Shown here: positions 1 to 8,292 of the stretch, piece by piece
Layout: each line of letters starts with the position of its first letter
Numbering within the stretch: the first letter of the stretch is position 1
From: Candidatus Hecatella orcuttiae
Lineage (GTDB): Archaea; Thermoproteota; Bathyarchaeia; Hecatellales; Hecatellaceae
DNA: 64,000 nt
Assembly: GCA_002011035.2 (NCBI GenBank)
Contig: MTLY02000002.1
Span: forward strand, 417,130-481,129
Reading direction: 5' to 3'
Translations under genes and position numbers: made by a program
Notes under the pieces: generated by a model
Database searches by the model: none
Told to the model about the DNA's origin: nothing
What the model saw: the letters and a program-made list of their open reading frames with translations, nothing else

Positions 1-339
1 ATACACCTGGTCCAGTATCTCCTCCAGCAGCGTGGAGACCCCTTCCTCCCTGACGGTGAGCGCGTCGAGAAACTTGAACTTCCCCTCCGCCTCCAGCTTC
101 TGGAAGTCGAAGCCGAAACTTCGCATGTGCGCGTAGAAGCTCTCCCGGCTCTCGGCGAAGCTGACGTAGAGGCCGTTCTCCCCGTGGTCCGCGGCGCCGG
201 AGTGGAGGAAGCGGGCTGAGAAGATGGTCTTTCCCGTCCCCGGGTTTCCCGCCAGGAGGATGAGGCTGCCTCGGGGGAAGCCGCCTCCGATGAGGAGGTC
301 GAGGCCGGGGATACCTGTCCCCACGCGTTTTAGGCTCAA
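1..339 (-). CDS. KaiC-like RecA-superfamily ATPase (N-terminal part; runs off the window)
   Basis: Manual minus-strand translation from TTG at 339: MSLKRVGTGIPGLDLLIGGGFPRGSLILLAGNPGTGKT...GENGLYVSFAES. Walker A and KaiC-family N-terminus present; SD-like GAGGGTG upstream. Absent from the ORF track because it has no stop in the window. Confidence 0.85.
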   Translation of the reverse strand, partial: MSLKRVGTGIPGLDLLIGGGFPRGSLILLAGNPGTGKTIFSARFLHSGAADHGENGLYVSFAESRESFYAHMRSFGFDFQKLEAEGKFKFLDALTVREEGVSTLLEEILDQVY

Positions 340-472
340 AAACTGGCACCCTCAGCAGTCTATTCTCACCAGCCTCTTATTATCTTTTATTTCAGCCTCC
401 GCGCGGCTTAGTTTCACCTTCCTCTCAAGGCTATCTAGCGGAAGGACGCTAGAACTCTGAGGGGTCCCTTCC

Positions 473-682
473 ATGCCTGTCCCCAAGGGCTACCCTGTGA
501 GGATCACCCGGTGGAGCAGCACCAGCCGGGTGAAGAGAGGCCGGAAGAAATACTGGAAGCTCGTCTTGAACTTCCCTCAGAAGATGGCCCCGGAGCTGGA
601 GGACCTCTTGGGCAGGCCGGCTGTGGCTTGGAGGGAAGGCAGCAGGGTCATCATCCAATTTCAGCTAGCTGGGAACCCCTGA
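473..682 (+). CDS. Small basic protein, possibly AbrB/MazE-like DNA-binding
   Basis: 69 aa; beta-beta-helix-beta-beta pattern (KLVLNFPQKMAPELEDLLGRPAVAWREGSRVIIQ); SD-like GAGGGG upstream. Confidence 0.4.
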   Translation: MPVPKGYPVRITRWSSTSRVKRGRKKYWKLVLNFPQKMAPELEDLLGRPAVAWREGSRVIIQFQLAGNP

Positions 683-1011
683 GGGAGAACACCCCGCCTC
701 CACGCCTCCTTCCACACGTCCATGTAAATCCCCCTCATATCCTCACACCCCTCCCGTTTTCCCAAGGGGGCTTCTCGCTAGCGGAGGCAAATTCCCCCAG
801 CCCCCGACTTCCCCACCCTTCACAGGGCTGTGTCGAAAACCCTAAAAGCCCACCCATGCCCTAGGGAGGTTGCTGAAAAGGGTCGGGTGCACCGGAAACC
901 CAGCCGCTGGAACCCGCAGGCCTTGGGGCCGGCGGGGCATGGGGCGGCCTTCCGCCTAAGCCAGCTTCCTTTCTCACCCGGCCTTCAGGGTTTTCTCCGA
1001 GGTGACGGCTT

Positions 1012-1203
1012 CTGGGAAGTCATCGGAACCTCTACCTCCGCCACCTCCGCCGGGAGGCGGAGAGGCTGTTCAAGGAAGCCTACCACGACCGGGAGAAGGC
1101 GGAGCTGGTGGCCCTAGCCGACTACCCGCTGCTGGACATCCGGAGGGGGGAGGTGCTGCGAAACCCCCACTACGTCAACCCCAGCCTGGAGCGCCTCCTC
1201 TGA
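1012..1203 (+). CDS. Small hypothetical protein with CTG start (63 aa)
   Basis: GAGGTGA SD at 999-1005, CTG at 1012; reads MGSHRNLYLRHLRREAERLFKEAYHDREKAELVALADYPLLDIRRGEVLRNPHYVNPSLERLL with C/G-ending codons like neighbouring genes. Confidence 0.6.
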   Translation: MGSHRNLYLRHLRREAERLFKEAYHDREKAELVALADYPLLDIRRGEVLRNPHYVNPSLERLL

Positions 1204-2012
1204 CAGCCCGGCCCAAAGGCCGGTGGGGTCTCCCCCACAGGCTTTTCCAAGGCCCCGCCTACCAGGGCGCCGCCGGGCCCGTGGCTGTGGAGGCGGACGA
1301 GGAGAAGATAGCCCTCCGTCTTCAAGCCTACCGGCTCTGGCCCCAGCGGACGGTGGTGGACCTCTACGCGGGGAAGGGCTTCCTCAGCTGGCTCTACGCC
1401 CGGGAAGGCTGTGAGCGGCTCATCTGCGTGGAGAAGAACCCTGAATATTTTGCGGTGTTGAAGCGGAACTTGGCGGAGTTCGGTGAGAGGGTGAAGCTGG
1501 TCCGGGCGGACAACCTCCGATGGCTGGAGCGAGGTGGGCTGTCCCCCGAGGAGCCGGTGACCTTCGTGGACTTCGACGCCTTCGGCATCCCCGCCCGGCT
1601 GCTGCAGCGGTTCTTCACCGTCCACCCCATTCGGAGGGCTTTGGTGATGGCGGTCACCGACGGGCTGCTGTTCAACTTCCGGCGGATGAGCAACGCTGAC
1701 CTCCGTAGGCTTTACCTGCAGGATTTTTATTTGGGCGGCGAAGCCGGGCGGCCGCTGAGCATCCAAGACCTGGGGGAGTACGCTTTCCAGATCCAGCGGA
1801 CGCTGCTGGACATCTTGGCCATGCGCCACGGAGCCCAAGCCTACCCTCTCTATTTCAAGGTGAACCGCCGCTGCACCGTCGCCTACTCCGCCTATTTGGT
1901 CCTGCCCAAATTCGTGGGCGCTGTGGACTTTAAGCGCTATGTAGGTTTGAGGAGGGTGAAGACGGGGAGTGCCGCAGTATCCTTCGAGGGAAGTCTTGGA
2001 CAGGCTGGCTAG
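1200..2012 (+). CDS. SAM-dependent methyltransferase-fold protein
   Basis: Motif I VVDLYAGKG, acidic ICVEKN, motif IV-like FVDFDAFG. Start placed at CTG 1200 (CTGA overlap with the upstream stop); the Pro-rich 1002-1199 extension in the ORF track looks spurious. Confidence 0.65.
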   Translation: MTARPKGRWGLPHRLFQGPAYQGAAGPVAVEADEEKIALRLQAYRLWPQRTVVDLYAGKGFLSWLYAREGCERLICVEKNPEYFAVLKRNLAEFGERVKLVRADNLRWLERGGLSPEEPVTFVDFDAFGIPARLLQRFFTVHPIRRALVMAVTDGLLFNFRRMSNADLRRLYLQDFYLGGEAGRPLSIQDLGEYAFQIQRTLLDILAMRHGAQAYPLYFKVNRRCTVAYSAYLVLPKFVGAVDFKRYVGLRRVKTGSAAVSFEGSLGQAG

Positions 2013-2367
2013 GCTTCAGCCGGACCACTACGTGGAGGTCACGTGGAGCGACGCCTGCGAGATGCGGGACGCGACTCCGGAGGACATCGAACGCGACTAC
2101 CACACCACCATCCTGTGCTCAGGCCGGGTGTACGGGGTCCGAGGCGACTACCTCATCCTCGTCAGCGAGGAAACCTTCTACGGCTACCGGTTCCTCAGCA
2201 TCCCCATCGGCGTCATCCAGAAGCTGCGCATCCTCACCCGGAAGCCGCGGAAGAGGCCCCTCCGCATCCTCAAGGCCGGAGTCGCCTACAAGGTGGTCTA
2301 CGTCTATGTCAAGCCCGGGGAAAAGTCTCAGGTTGACGTTAAAGGACTTCGCCTTGTACGAGCATGA
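1969..2367 (+). CDS. Hypothetical viral protein (beta-rich, VxWxDA motif)
   Basis: 132-aa ORF overlapping both neighbours; VEVTWSDA...CSGRV...YLILV...SIPIGVI pattern resembles small phage proteins. Confidence 0.55.
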   Translation: MPQYPSREVLDRLARLQPDHYVEVTWSDACEMRDATPEDIERDYHTTILCSGRVYGVRGDYLILVSEETFYGYRFLSIPIGVIQKLRILTRKPRKRPLRILKAGVAYKVVYVYVKPGEKSQVDVKGLRLVRA

Positions 2368-2905
2368 CTGGAGGGGCATCATCGCCCTCACCCTCGTCGC
2401 AGGGTACATCCTCCTCCTCTGGGCTCAGGTTCCCGGCATCGAAGTCCTCTCCGTGGCCGTCGGCCTGGTGGTAGGCTGGTACTTCGGCCTCCAGCAGCAC
2501 CCCCAGCCCCGGCCGTGGGCGGAGCCGTCGGTTCCCCTCAAGCTCCGGCGGGCGACGGTGAAACATCCGGCGTTCAAATCCATCAAAACCCGACTGGTCG
2601 AAGCCCTCCGGCAGACGGGCTGCTACGACCCTGCCTTCGACGATATGGTGGTCGACGAGGTTGTTAAGTCCATCATCGACATCCGCACTGTTGACCGCTA
2701 TGTGGAAGGCGCCAAAGACCTCCGGGAGCTCGCTGAGGCCTTCAACGCCAAGGCGACTATAACCCGAATACTCTACCAAGCTGTGGAGCAACTGGCCGTA
2801 ACTCGGCGAGGCCGGCTGAAGAGAAAAGACATGGAAGGCTTCAAGGACACTCTCTTCACCCGTCTCAGGGAGCTGACATCCGCATCCGAGAACAATGCGC
2901 GATAG
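2306..2905 (+). CDS. Two-TM N-terminus joined to a helical domain, putative terminase small subunit
   Basis: Two hydrophobic segments (GIIALTLVAGYILLLWA; VLSVAVGLVVGWYFG). Helical C-domain ends EQLAVTRRGRLK, resembling the LGLTP..R end of P27-family TerS; located upstream of TerL. Alternative start TTG at 2333. Confidence 0.5.
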   Translation: MSSPGKSLRLTLKDFALYEHDWRGIIALTLVAGYILLLWAQVPGIEVLSVAVGLVVGWYFGLQQHPQPRPWAEPSVPLKLRRATVKHPAFKSIKTRLVEALRQTGCYDPAFDDMVVDEVVKSIIDIRTVDRYVEGAKDLRELAEAFNAKATITRILYQAVEQLAVTRRGRLKRKDMEGFKDTLFTRLRELTSASENNAR

Positions 2906-3132
2906 TGGCATATGGTGGCATGGTTTTGGGCGGAAAGACGAGGGTTAATTTAACGCTCGACAGCCTTCTGGTCAAAGCCATCGACCAGGTTCGCGGCCCC
3001 ATCAGCCGGAGCAGCTTTATTCAAGCGCTGATCGAGGAGGCTCTGAAGAGTGTTCCCCGTGAGCGTCGAAGAGGCTTGGCTAAGGGCGAGGAGAGATCCA
3101 AGCTTCTTCGCGGGGTGGCTGCTCAGGCTTAG
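2905..3132 (+). CDS. Ribbon-helix-helix (CopG-like) regulator
   Basis: KTRVNLTLDSLLVKAIDQVRGPISRSSFIQALIEEAL matches the RHH pattern. Confidence 0.75.
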   Translation: MAYGGMVLGGKTRVNLTLDSLLVKAIDQVRGPISRSSFIQALIEEALKSVPRERRRGLAKGEERSKLLRGVAAQA

Positions 3133-4372
3133 GCCCACAGCCTACCAGGCCAGGTTCCTCACCGACATGAGCAAGCGGCAGGTGTTGAAGTGGAGCCGGC
3201 AGAGCGGAAAGTCCACCTGCCTCGCCGTCAAAGCCTTGTGGTTCGCCATCTTCCACCCTCAAACCACCACCCTTATCATCTCTCCGTCTCTCAGGCAGTC
3301 GATAAACTTGAGGGATATTGTCGCCGGCCTCGTCGAAAGGCTGCCCCAAGATGCCAGGAAGAACTTGGTGGAGAAAACCTTGAGAACGACCCTCTACCTC
3401 TGGCGGGGCAGCCGCATCCTCGCACTGCCCGCAAACCCAAACACGCTCCGCGGCTTCACGGCTCACATGGTCCTCGTCGATGAGGCGGATTTCTTCCAAA
3501 ACCCTGAGGCCATCTTCTACGGCACCGTTTACCCCATGCTGACCACCACCGACGGCTGGCTGATAGTCAGCTCCACCCCATGGACCACCAAGGGCTTCTT
3601 CCACCGCATCTGCCAGCCCGGCAGCGGCTACACGCACCACTTCATCAACTGGCGCGACGCGGTGCAGGCGGGAGTGGCCCGGGAGGCGGTTATCCGCGAG
3701 GCCATGGAACGCAACCCGCCGGAGGTCTTCCGCAGGGAGTACGAGTGCGAGTTCGTGGAGGACGTCGACGTCTTCCTGCCCTCGGACCTCATCGCCCGCT
3801 GCATCGACTCGCAGCTGGAGTACACGCCCTTCGAGGCTGAAGCCCGGGGTGAGTTCTACGTGGGATGCGACTTCGGCAAGCACCAGGACTACTCGGTGGT
3901 GGCCGTGGTGGAGAAAAAGGACGACGTGATTTCCCTAGTCCACCTTCACAGGTTTCCACTGGAGACCCCCTACGCCTCGGTCATCGGCTACGTGAAAGCC
4001 CTGTGCGACCGGTGGCGCAGCGTCGCCGCGGTGCGCCCTGACATGACCGGGGTGGGCGACTTCATCGTGGAAGAAATGCAGCGGGCTGGAATCCCCAGCG
4101 TGGAAGGCGTCAAGTTCACCCGCGAAAGCAAAGAGGCCATAGCCGTGCCGGTGAAGCAGGCTATGATTTCAGGGCGTGTTCGCATCCCCTACGACCGGGA
4201 CCTCATCGCTGAGCTCAACGTGGAACGCTATGAGATGTCGAAAGACGGCCACTATGTTTTCAGCCACCCCGAGCGAAGCCACGACGACCGCTTCTGGGCC
4301 TTCTGCCTCGCCGCCCACGCCGCCCTCGGCAGGGGCGAAGGAGGAGCCATCATAGGGGGTGTCCGTCGATGA
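3050..4372 (+). CDS. Terminase large subunit
   Basis: Q motif TAYQ, Walker A SRQSGKST, Walker B VLVDEAD, motif III SSTP, RNase H-like nuclease GCDFGKHQDYS and HDDRFWA. Confidence 0.95.
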   Translation: MFPVSVEEAWLRARRDPSFFAGWLLRLRPTAYQARFLTDMSKRQVLKWSRQSGKSTCLAVKALWFAIFHPQTTTLIISPSLRQSINLRDIVAGLVERLPQDARKNLVEKTLRTTLYLWRGSRILALPANPNTLRGFTAHMVLVDEADFFQNPEAIFYGTVYPMLTTTDGWLIVSSTPWTTKGFFHRICQPGSGYTHHFINWRDAVQAGVAREAVIREAMERNPPEVFRREYECEFVEDVDVFLPSDLIARCIDSQLEYTPFEAEARGEFYVGCDFGKHQDYSVVAVVEKKDDVISLVHLHRFPLETPYASVIGYVKALCDRWRSVAAVRPDMTGVGDFIVEEMQRAGIPSVEGVKFTRESKEAIAVPVKQAMISGRVRIPYDRDLIAELNVERYEMSKDGHYVFSHPERSHDDRFWAFCLAAHAALGRGEGGAIIGGVRR

Positions 4373-5580
4373 CCCTGTGGGGAAAAATCAAAAACTGGTT
4401 CACCGCCAGCGAAGCCCAAGGCTTGGAGGAGAAAGCCCGAGGCCTCGTCGCCGGGGTCCCTTCCGTCTGGGGCCGAGGGCAGAAGGCACCCTTCAGCTTC
4501 CAAACCTGCTTCGAACGCTACGAGAACGTAGGCTTGGTCACCGCGGCTGTGGACGCTACAGCGGAGATGATCGCAGGCCCAGGCTACCACACCGAGGGCG
4601 TCGGTGAAGCCAAGCGTGTGGTGGACGACTTCGCGGAGGAGGTCAACCTCGACGGCCTGCTCATGGACGCGGTGCTGGACTGCGCCATCTGCGGCAACTC
4701 GTGGGTGGAGAAGGTGGTGGAGGACGGCCTCATCGTCGGCCTCAACTACCTCGACCCACTGAGCATGGAGCAGAGCATCATCCTCAAGAAGGCCCCCGGA
4801 GGCTTCGACCTCTACCACAACCAGGTGGAAGGCTACGTGCAGACCGTCCGAGGCAGGAAGACAGCCCAGTGGCCTGCGGACCGCATCATCCACTTCACCT
4901 GGAACCGGCCCCGCGGCAGCCTCTACGGCACAGGCATGGTGAAGCCTGTGGAAGCCTACCTGCAGACCATCCTCGAAGCCGAGCAGGACATGGGCAAGAT
5001 CATCAAACGCTACGCCGCCCCCAAGGTGGCTTGGATGCTGCAGGACGCGGGGAAGACGGTTTTCGACGAGGTGAAGCGGCAGCTCCGCACCGTGCAGCCG
5101 GACGAGGACTACGTCATCGCCACCACCGGGAAGACGAGAATCGACGCCCAAGTCATCCAGATTGACCCCCGCAGCCGCTTCGAGTACTTCTTCAACCACA
5201 TCACCAACGCCATCATGGCCGGGTTGGAGTGCCCCATCACCTTCCTCTTCCGCGGCGACGTGAGGGTCTCAGACGCCTCCGCCACGGCCATGCTTCAAGC
5301 CTTCGACCGGAAAATCCGCATGAAGCAGCGCCGGTTCAAACGCATCATCGAAGCCCAGCTTTTCCGCCCGCTGGTCCGGCAGCACGGCCACAGCGAAGTC
5401 CCCCGCCTGGTCTGGGGACCTGTGGAGGTGGAGACCTTGGAGGACAAGCTCAAGAAGTGGACGGAGCTGCTTTCCAGCCGCCTCAGCCTCAGGGATGAAA
5501 CCCGCCGCGCCCTCGAGGATGAAATGATGAAAGACCTAGGCCTTCAGTCTACCGCAGAAGAGAGGAGTGAAGATGCCTAA
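4369..5580 (+). CDS. Portal protein
   Basis: Follows TerL with ATGA overlap; GNSWVE, IIHFTW...LYGTG pattern; 403 aa. Confidence 0.9.
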   Translation: MTLWGKIKNWFTASEAQGLEEKARGLVAGVPSVWGRGQKAPFSFQTCFERYENVGLVTAAVDATAEMIAGPGYHTEGVGEAKRVVDDFAEEVNLDGLLMDAVLDCAICGNSWVEKVVEDGLIVGLNYLDPLSMEQSIILKKAPGGFDLYHNQVEGYVQTVRGRKTAQWPADRIIHFTWNRPRGSLYGTGMVKPVEAYLQTILEAEQDMGKIIKRYAAPKVAWMLQDAGKTVFDEVKRQLRTVQPDEDYVIATTGKTRIDAQVIQIDPRSRFEYFFNHITNAIMAGLECPITFLFRGDVRVSDASATAMLQAFDRKIRMKQRRFKRIIEAQLFRPLVRQHGHSEVPRLVWGPVEVETLEDKLKKWTELLSSRLSLRDETRRALEDEMMKDLGLQSTAEERSEDA

Positions 5581-6319
5581 GCATCCTGACTTCGAAAAAA
5601 TCCACCGCGACTTCCTAAGCCGCTACGGAGCCGAGGAGGGGGAAAGACGCTACTACGCCTGGCTCCGCAGCCGCAGCCTCGACGACACCCAGCCCTTGGG
5701 CTCCCAGCGCGCTAAGCTGGAGGAAGGCACCGCCTTCCAGTGGGCTAACACCCTCGACTGGGTGGGGCAGCCCAACCGCATCCGAGGCCTCGCCCTCACC
5801 CCCGGCTCCAGCCTCAACCGCAACCTCTACCCGGAGGAGGAGCTGGCCAAGGCAGCCAGAACGCTGGCGGGGAAACCCATCTACGTCAACCACCTCCACA
5901 CCGGGACAGCTGTCCCCGGGCAGGCTCAGCCGCAGGTAGGCCGGGTGCTGGACGCGGAGTACATCCCCGGCCGAGGCATCGAATACGTGGGCGCCGTCGA
6001 AGACCCCGCTGTTTGGAGGCTCATCCGAAGCGGCCTGATCACAAAGGTGAGCGTGGCGGGAAGATGCCGCTCCGCCCTCCCCGTCGACGGGGTGAAGCCG
6101 GAGGGGCTCATGTTCGAGGAGCTGAGCCTCCTCTGGGGGGAGGAACAGCCCGGTGTCCCCGGCGCCTACGTCCAAGTTTGGGAAAAGCTCAGCCCCAGGG
6201 GAAGGGCGAAGCCGCTGGGCCTAGGCCTCCGGGAAGGCCCTGAACCCGCGCAGCCGCCCACTCCAGACCTTTGGGGGGCTAGGCTGAGGGACGTGCTGCC
6301 TTCCAAGGCAAGGCGGTGA
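5567..6319 (+). CDS. Prohead (capsid maturation) protease
   Basis: IRGLAL..G.SLNRNLYPEEEL..AA..L.GKPIYVNH...VGRV...KVSV...FEELSLL...PGVP pattern; lies between portal and capsid genes. Confidence 0.8.
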   Translation: MKMPKHPDFEKIHRDFLSRYGAEEGERRYYAWLRSRSLDDTQPLGSQRAKLEEGTAFQWANTLDWVGQPNRIRGLALTPGSSLNRNLYPEEELAKAARTLAGKPIYVNHLHTGTAVPGQAQPQVGRVLDAEYIPGRGIEYVGAVEDPAVWRLIRSGLITKVSVAGRCRSALPVDGVKPEGLMFEELSLLWGEEQPGVPGAYVQVWEKLSPRGRAKPLGLGLREGPEPAQPPTPDLWGARLRDVLPSKARR

Positions 6320-6334
6320 AGCTGATTTTTCACG

Positions 6335-6418
6335 GTCACAGCCATGACGGCAGCCCAGCCGCGTCGGTTGGGCCTACGCCGGAGCTTGACGGCTGAGGGG
6401 GATACTCCCCTGCCTTAG
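6335..6418 (+). promoter_or_regulatory. Structured intercistronic RNA with a canonical kink-turn
   Basis: AGC-CAT-GA-CGGC (6340-6351) pairs with GCCG-GA-GCT (6378-6386); apical 9-bp hairpin GCCCAGCCG/CGGTTGGGC; basal GTCA/TGAC; second hairpin GGGGA-TAC-TCCCC. Confidence 0.6.
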
Positions 6419-6450
6419 TGTGGGAGAGCAAAAGTTTGGGAGAAAGAAAC

Positions 6451-6858
6451 ATGACCAGTCAAGGCGACGTGTACACCCTAGGCATCGTGCTAGACCTCAG
6501 AGCCGGAGGAGCCATCGCCAAAGGAGAACCTGTCAAAACCGGCGCCGCCGACGGCAAGGTTGTCGCAGCCTCCGACGGAGACGACCCCGTAGGCGTGGCC
6601 CTGAAGGCCGCCAGCGCCGACGGAGACCCCGTGCCCGTCATGGTTTCCGGAGCCGTCTACCTGACGGCCGCCGCGGCCATCAGCCGGGGGGAAGCCGTTC
6701 AGCCGGCGGGGTCCCAGAAGGTGAAAGCCCTCGCCGACCAGCCGGTGGACGAAGGAGGCACCGCCACCTACACTGTCTACTACCAGAAGAAGCTGGGCAT
6801 CGCCTTGGAAGCCGCTTCCGCGGACGGAGACGTCATCCTCGTCCAGCTGGCCCTCTAA
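6451..6858 (+). CDS. Capsid decoration/cement protein (DUF2190-like)
   Basis: Ala/Gly-rich AGGAIAKGEPV...VGVA...GDPVPVMVSG...AAAISRGEAV...LGIALEAA; next to the MCP gene; ATG at 6451. Confidence 0.8.
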   Translation: MTSQGDVYTLGIVLDLRAGGAIAKGEPVKTGAADGKVVAASDGDDPVGVALKAASADGDPVPVMVSGAVYLTAAAAISRGEAVQPAGSQKVKALADQPVDEGGTATYTVYYQKKLGIALEAASADGDVILVQLAL

Positions 6859-6872
6859 GGCGGTGAAGCGCC

Positions 6873-7862
6873 GTGCAGAAGATTCTAGAAACAGGAGTTA
6901 AGGTGGCTAAGGAAGACATGGCTGTTCGAAGGCTGGAGGAAAAACTTCAGACTCCCCTGCTTTCAGGGCGGACCCTCCACGAAGCCCAGCGGGTCCTCCA
7001 CCAGCGCACCGAAGCCATGCTTAAAGACCGACATCTCCGCGAGGTCCTCCTAAGCGACCAGTCGCAGGCCACGGCCAAGGTTCTGGACATCGTCTGGGAG
7101 GCGGCCAAGCCCCGGCTCATCGGCCGGGAGCTCTGCGCGGTCTTCGTCAAGGAAGACCCGTCCCTGAAGGTGCCCCGGCATAAGACCTTGGTCTCAGCCC
7201 GCTACCCGGTGGCGGAGGGCGCTGACATCCCTGTGAACGTGGGAGCTTTCGACTCGGTGACCCTGACCCCTGAAAAGTCCGGGGTAGCCGTGCCCATCAG
7301 CCGGGAGATGATCGAAGACGCCGCGTGGGATGTCGTGGAGTTCCAGCTCCGCGAAGCCGGCCGAGCCATGGCCGAGGTGGAAACAGAGCGGATCATCGCC
7401 CAGATGATCGCTGACGCAGGGAACTCCGCGGCTGCAGCCACAGCTGGGACGCTGGCCTACGACGACATCGTGGGCATGATCAACCTCATCCAAGCCGACA
7501 ACTTCCTCCAAGACTACATCCAAACCGGCCGAGGCTACTTGGTGGTGCACCCCGACCAGTACGCCGACCTCCTCAAGGACTCCAGCGTGAAGCAGGCTCA
7601 CTCTTGGGGCGGCATCGCCGTGGCGCCCACAGGCCGCTTGGAGACCATCTTAGGCCTCAACCTCCGGGTGACCACCAAGATCACCAGCGGCACCGCCCTG
7701 GTCGTCGACGCGGAGCACGCGGGAGCTCTGTTTATCCGAAGGGACATCACCGTGGAAAACTACGAAGACCCGATTAAGGACCTGGCCGGAGCCGTGCTGA
7801 CAGCCCGGTGGAAGTACGCGACGATGCAGGCGAACGCCATAGGCAAGATCACAGGAGCCTAA
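6873..7862 (+). CDS. Major capsid protein (HK97 fold)
   Basis: VAEGADIP, VTLTPEKSGVAVPISREMIEDAAWDVVE, LVVHPDQYADLLKD, TILGLNLRVT motifs; 329 aa; GGTGA SD. Confidence 0.92.
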   Translation: MQKILETGVKVAKEDMAVRRLEEKLQTPLLSGRTLHEAQRVLHQRTEAMLKDRHLREVLLSDQSQATAKVLDIVWEAAKPRLIGRELCAVFVKEDPSLKVPRHKTLVSARYPVAEGADIPVNVGAFDSVTLTPEKSGVAVPISREMIEDAAWDVVEFQLREAGRAMAEVETERIIAQMIADAGNSAAAATAGTLAYDDIVGMINLIQADNFLQDYIQTGRGYLVVHPDQYADLLKDSSVKQAHSWGGIAVAPTGRLETILGLNLRVTTKITSGTALVVDAEHAGALFIRRDITVENYEDPIKDLAGAVLTARWKYATMQANAIGKITGA

Positions 7863-7885
7863 GCCTAAACCACCCGTTTTCTTCC

Positions 7886-7926
7886 GGCGGTTCTTTTCCC
7901 GTGAAAAAGCAACCGCCCCTTTTTTT
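7886..7926 (+). terminator. Hairpin plus T-tract after the MCP gene
   Basis: GGCGGTT-CTTTTC ... GAAAAAG-CAACCGCC stem followed by T7. Confidence 0.6.
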
Positions 7927-7954
7927 ATCGCTTCCAAAAATCACGTGAGTTAGG

Positions 7955-8227
7955 TTGAAGGTTAAAACCGGCGTCTGCCCCCGGTGTGGAACCCGCTACT
8001 ACCAGCGAGGCGACCGCCTTTACATCTGCGACTGCATGCTCACCAAGCCCGACGGGTCCCTCATGGCCGCCTACGACCCCGCCGTCGACAGCCTCAGCTA
8101 CGGCTCTAGGGCTATGCAGAAAATCCGAAACCCTGAGGACCGGAGTCGGAGAAGTTGGAGGGTTCACTTCTGGGACGGCGGCGAGAAGAACGAAGAAAAC
8201 CGCCCGGTGGAGGTGAAGATGAAATGA
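7955..8227 (+). CDS. Small zinc-finger-like protein
   Basis: CPRCG...CDC motifs; 90 aa. Confidence 0.5.
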   Translation: MKVKTGVCPRCGTRYYQRGDRLYICDCMLTKPDGSLMAAYDPAVDSLSYGSRAMQKIRNPEDRSRRSWRVHFWDGGEKNEENRPVEVKMK

Positions 8228-8292
8228 CCTCCCCGAGGGAAAAAATCTTTAAGCACAACCCGCGGATATATTACCCAGCCGGGTGAAAAATT

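Noticed and set aside
923-932. TTGGGGCCGG matching the tRNA-Ala 5' end (16769-16778) as a possible att site
   Set aside because: Only 10 bp in GC-rich DNA, no integrase nearby, and att cores normally match longer stretches of the tRNA 3' half.
1002-1199. Pro-rich N-terminal extension of the 336-aa ORF
   Set aside because: Low-complexity shadow of the better-supported CTG-start ORF at 1012-1203 in another frame.
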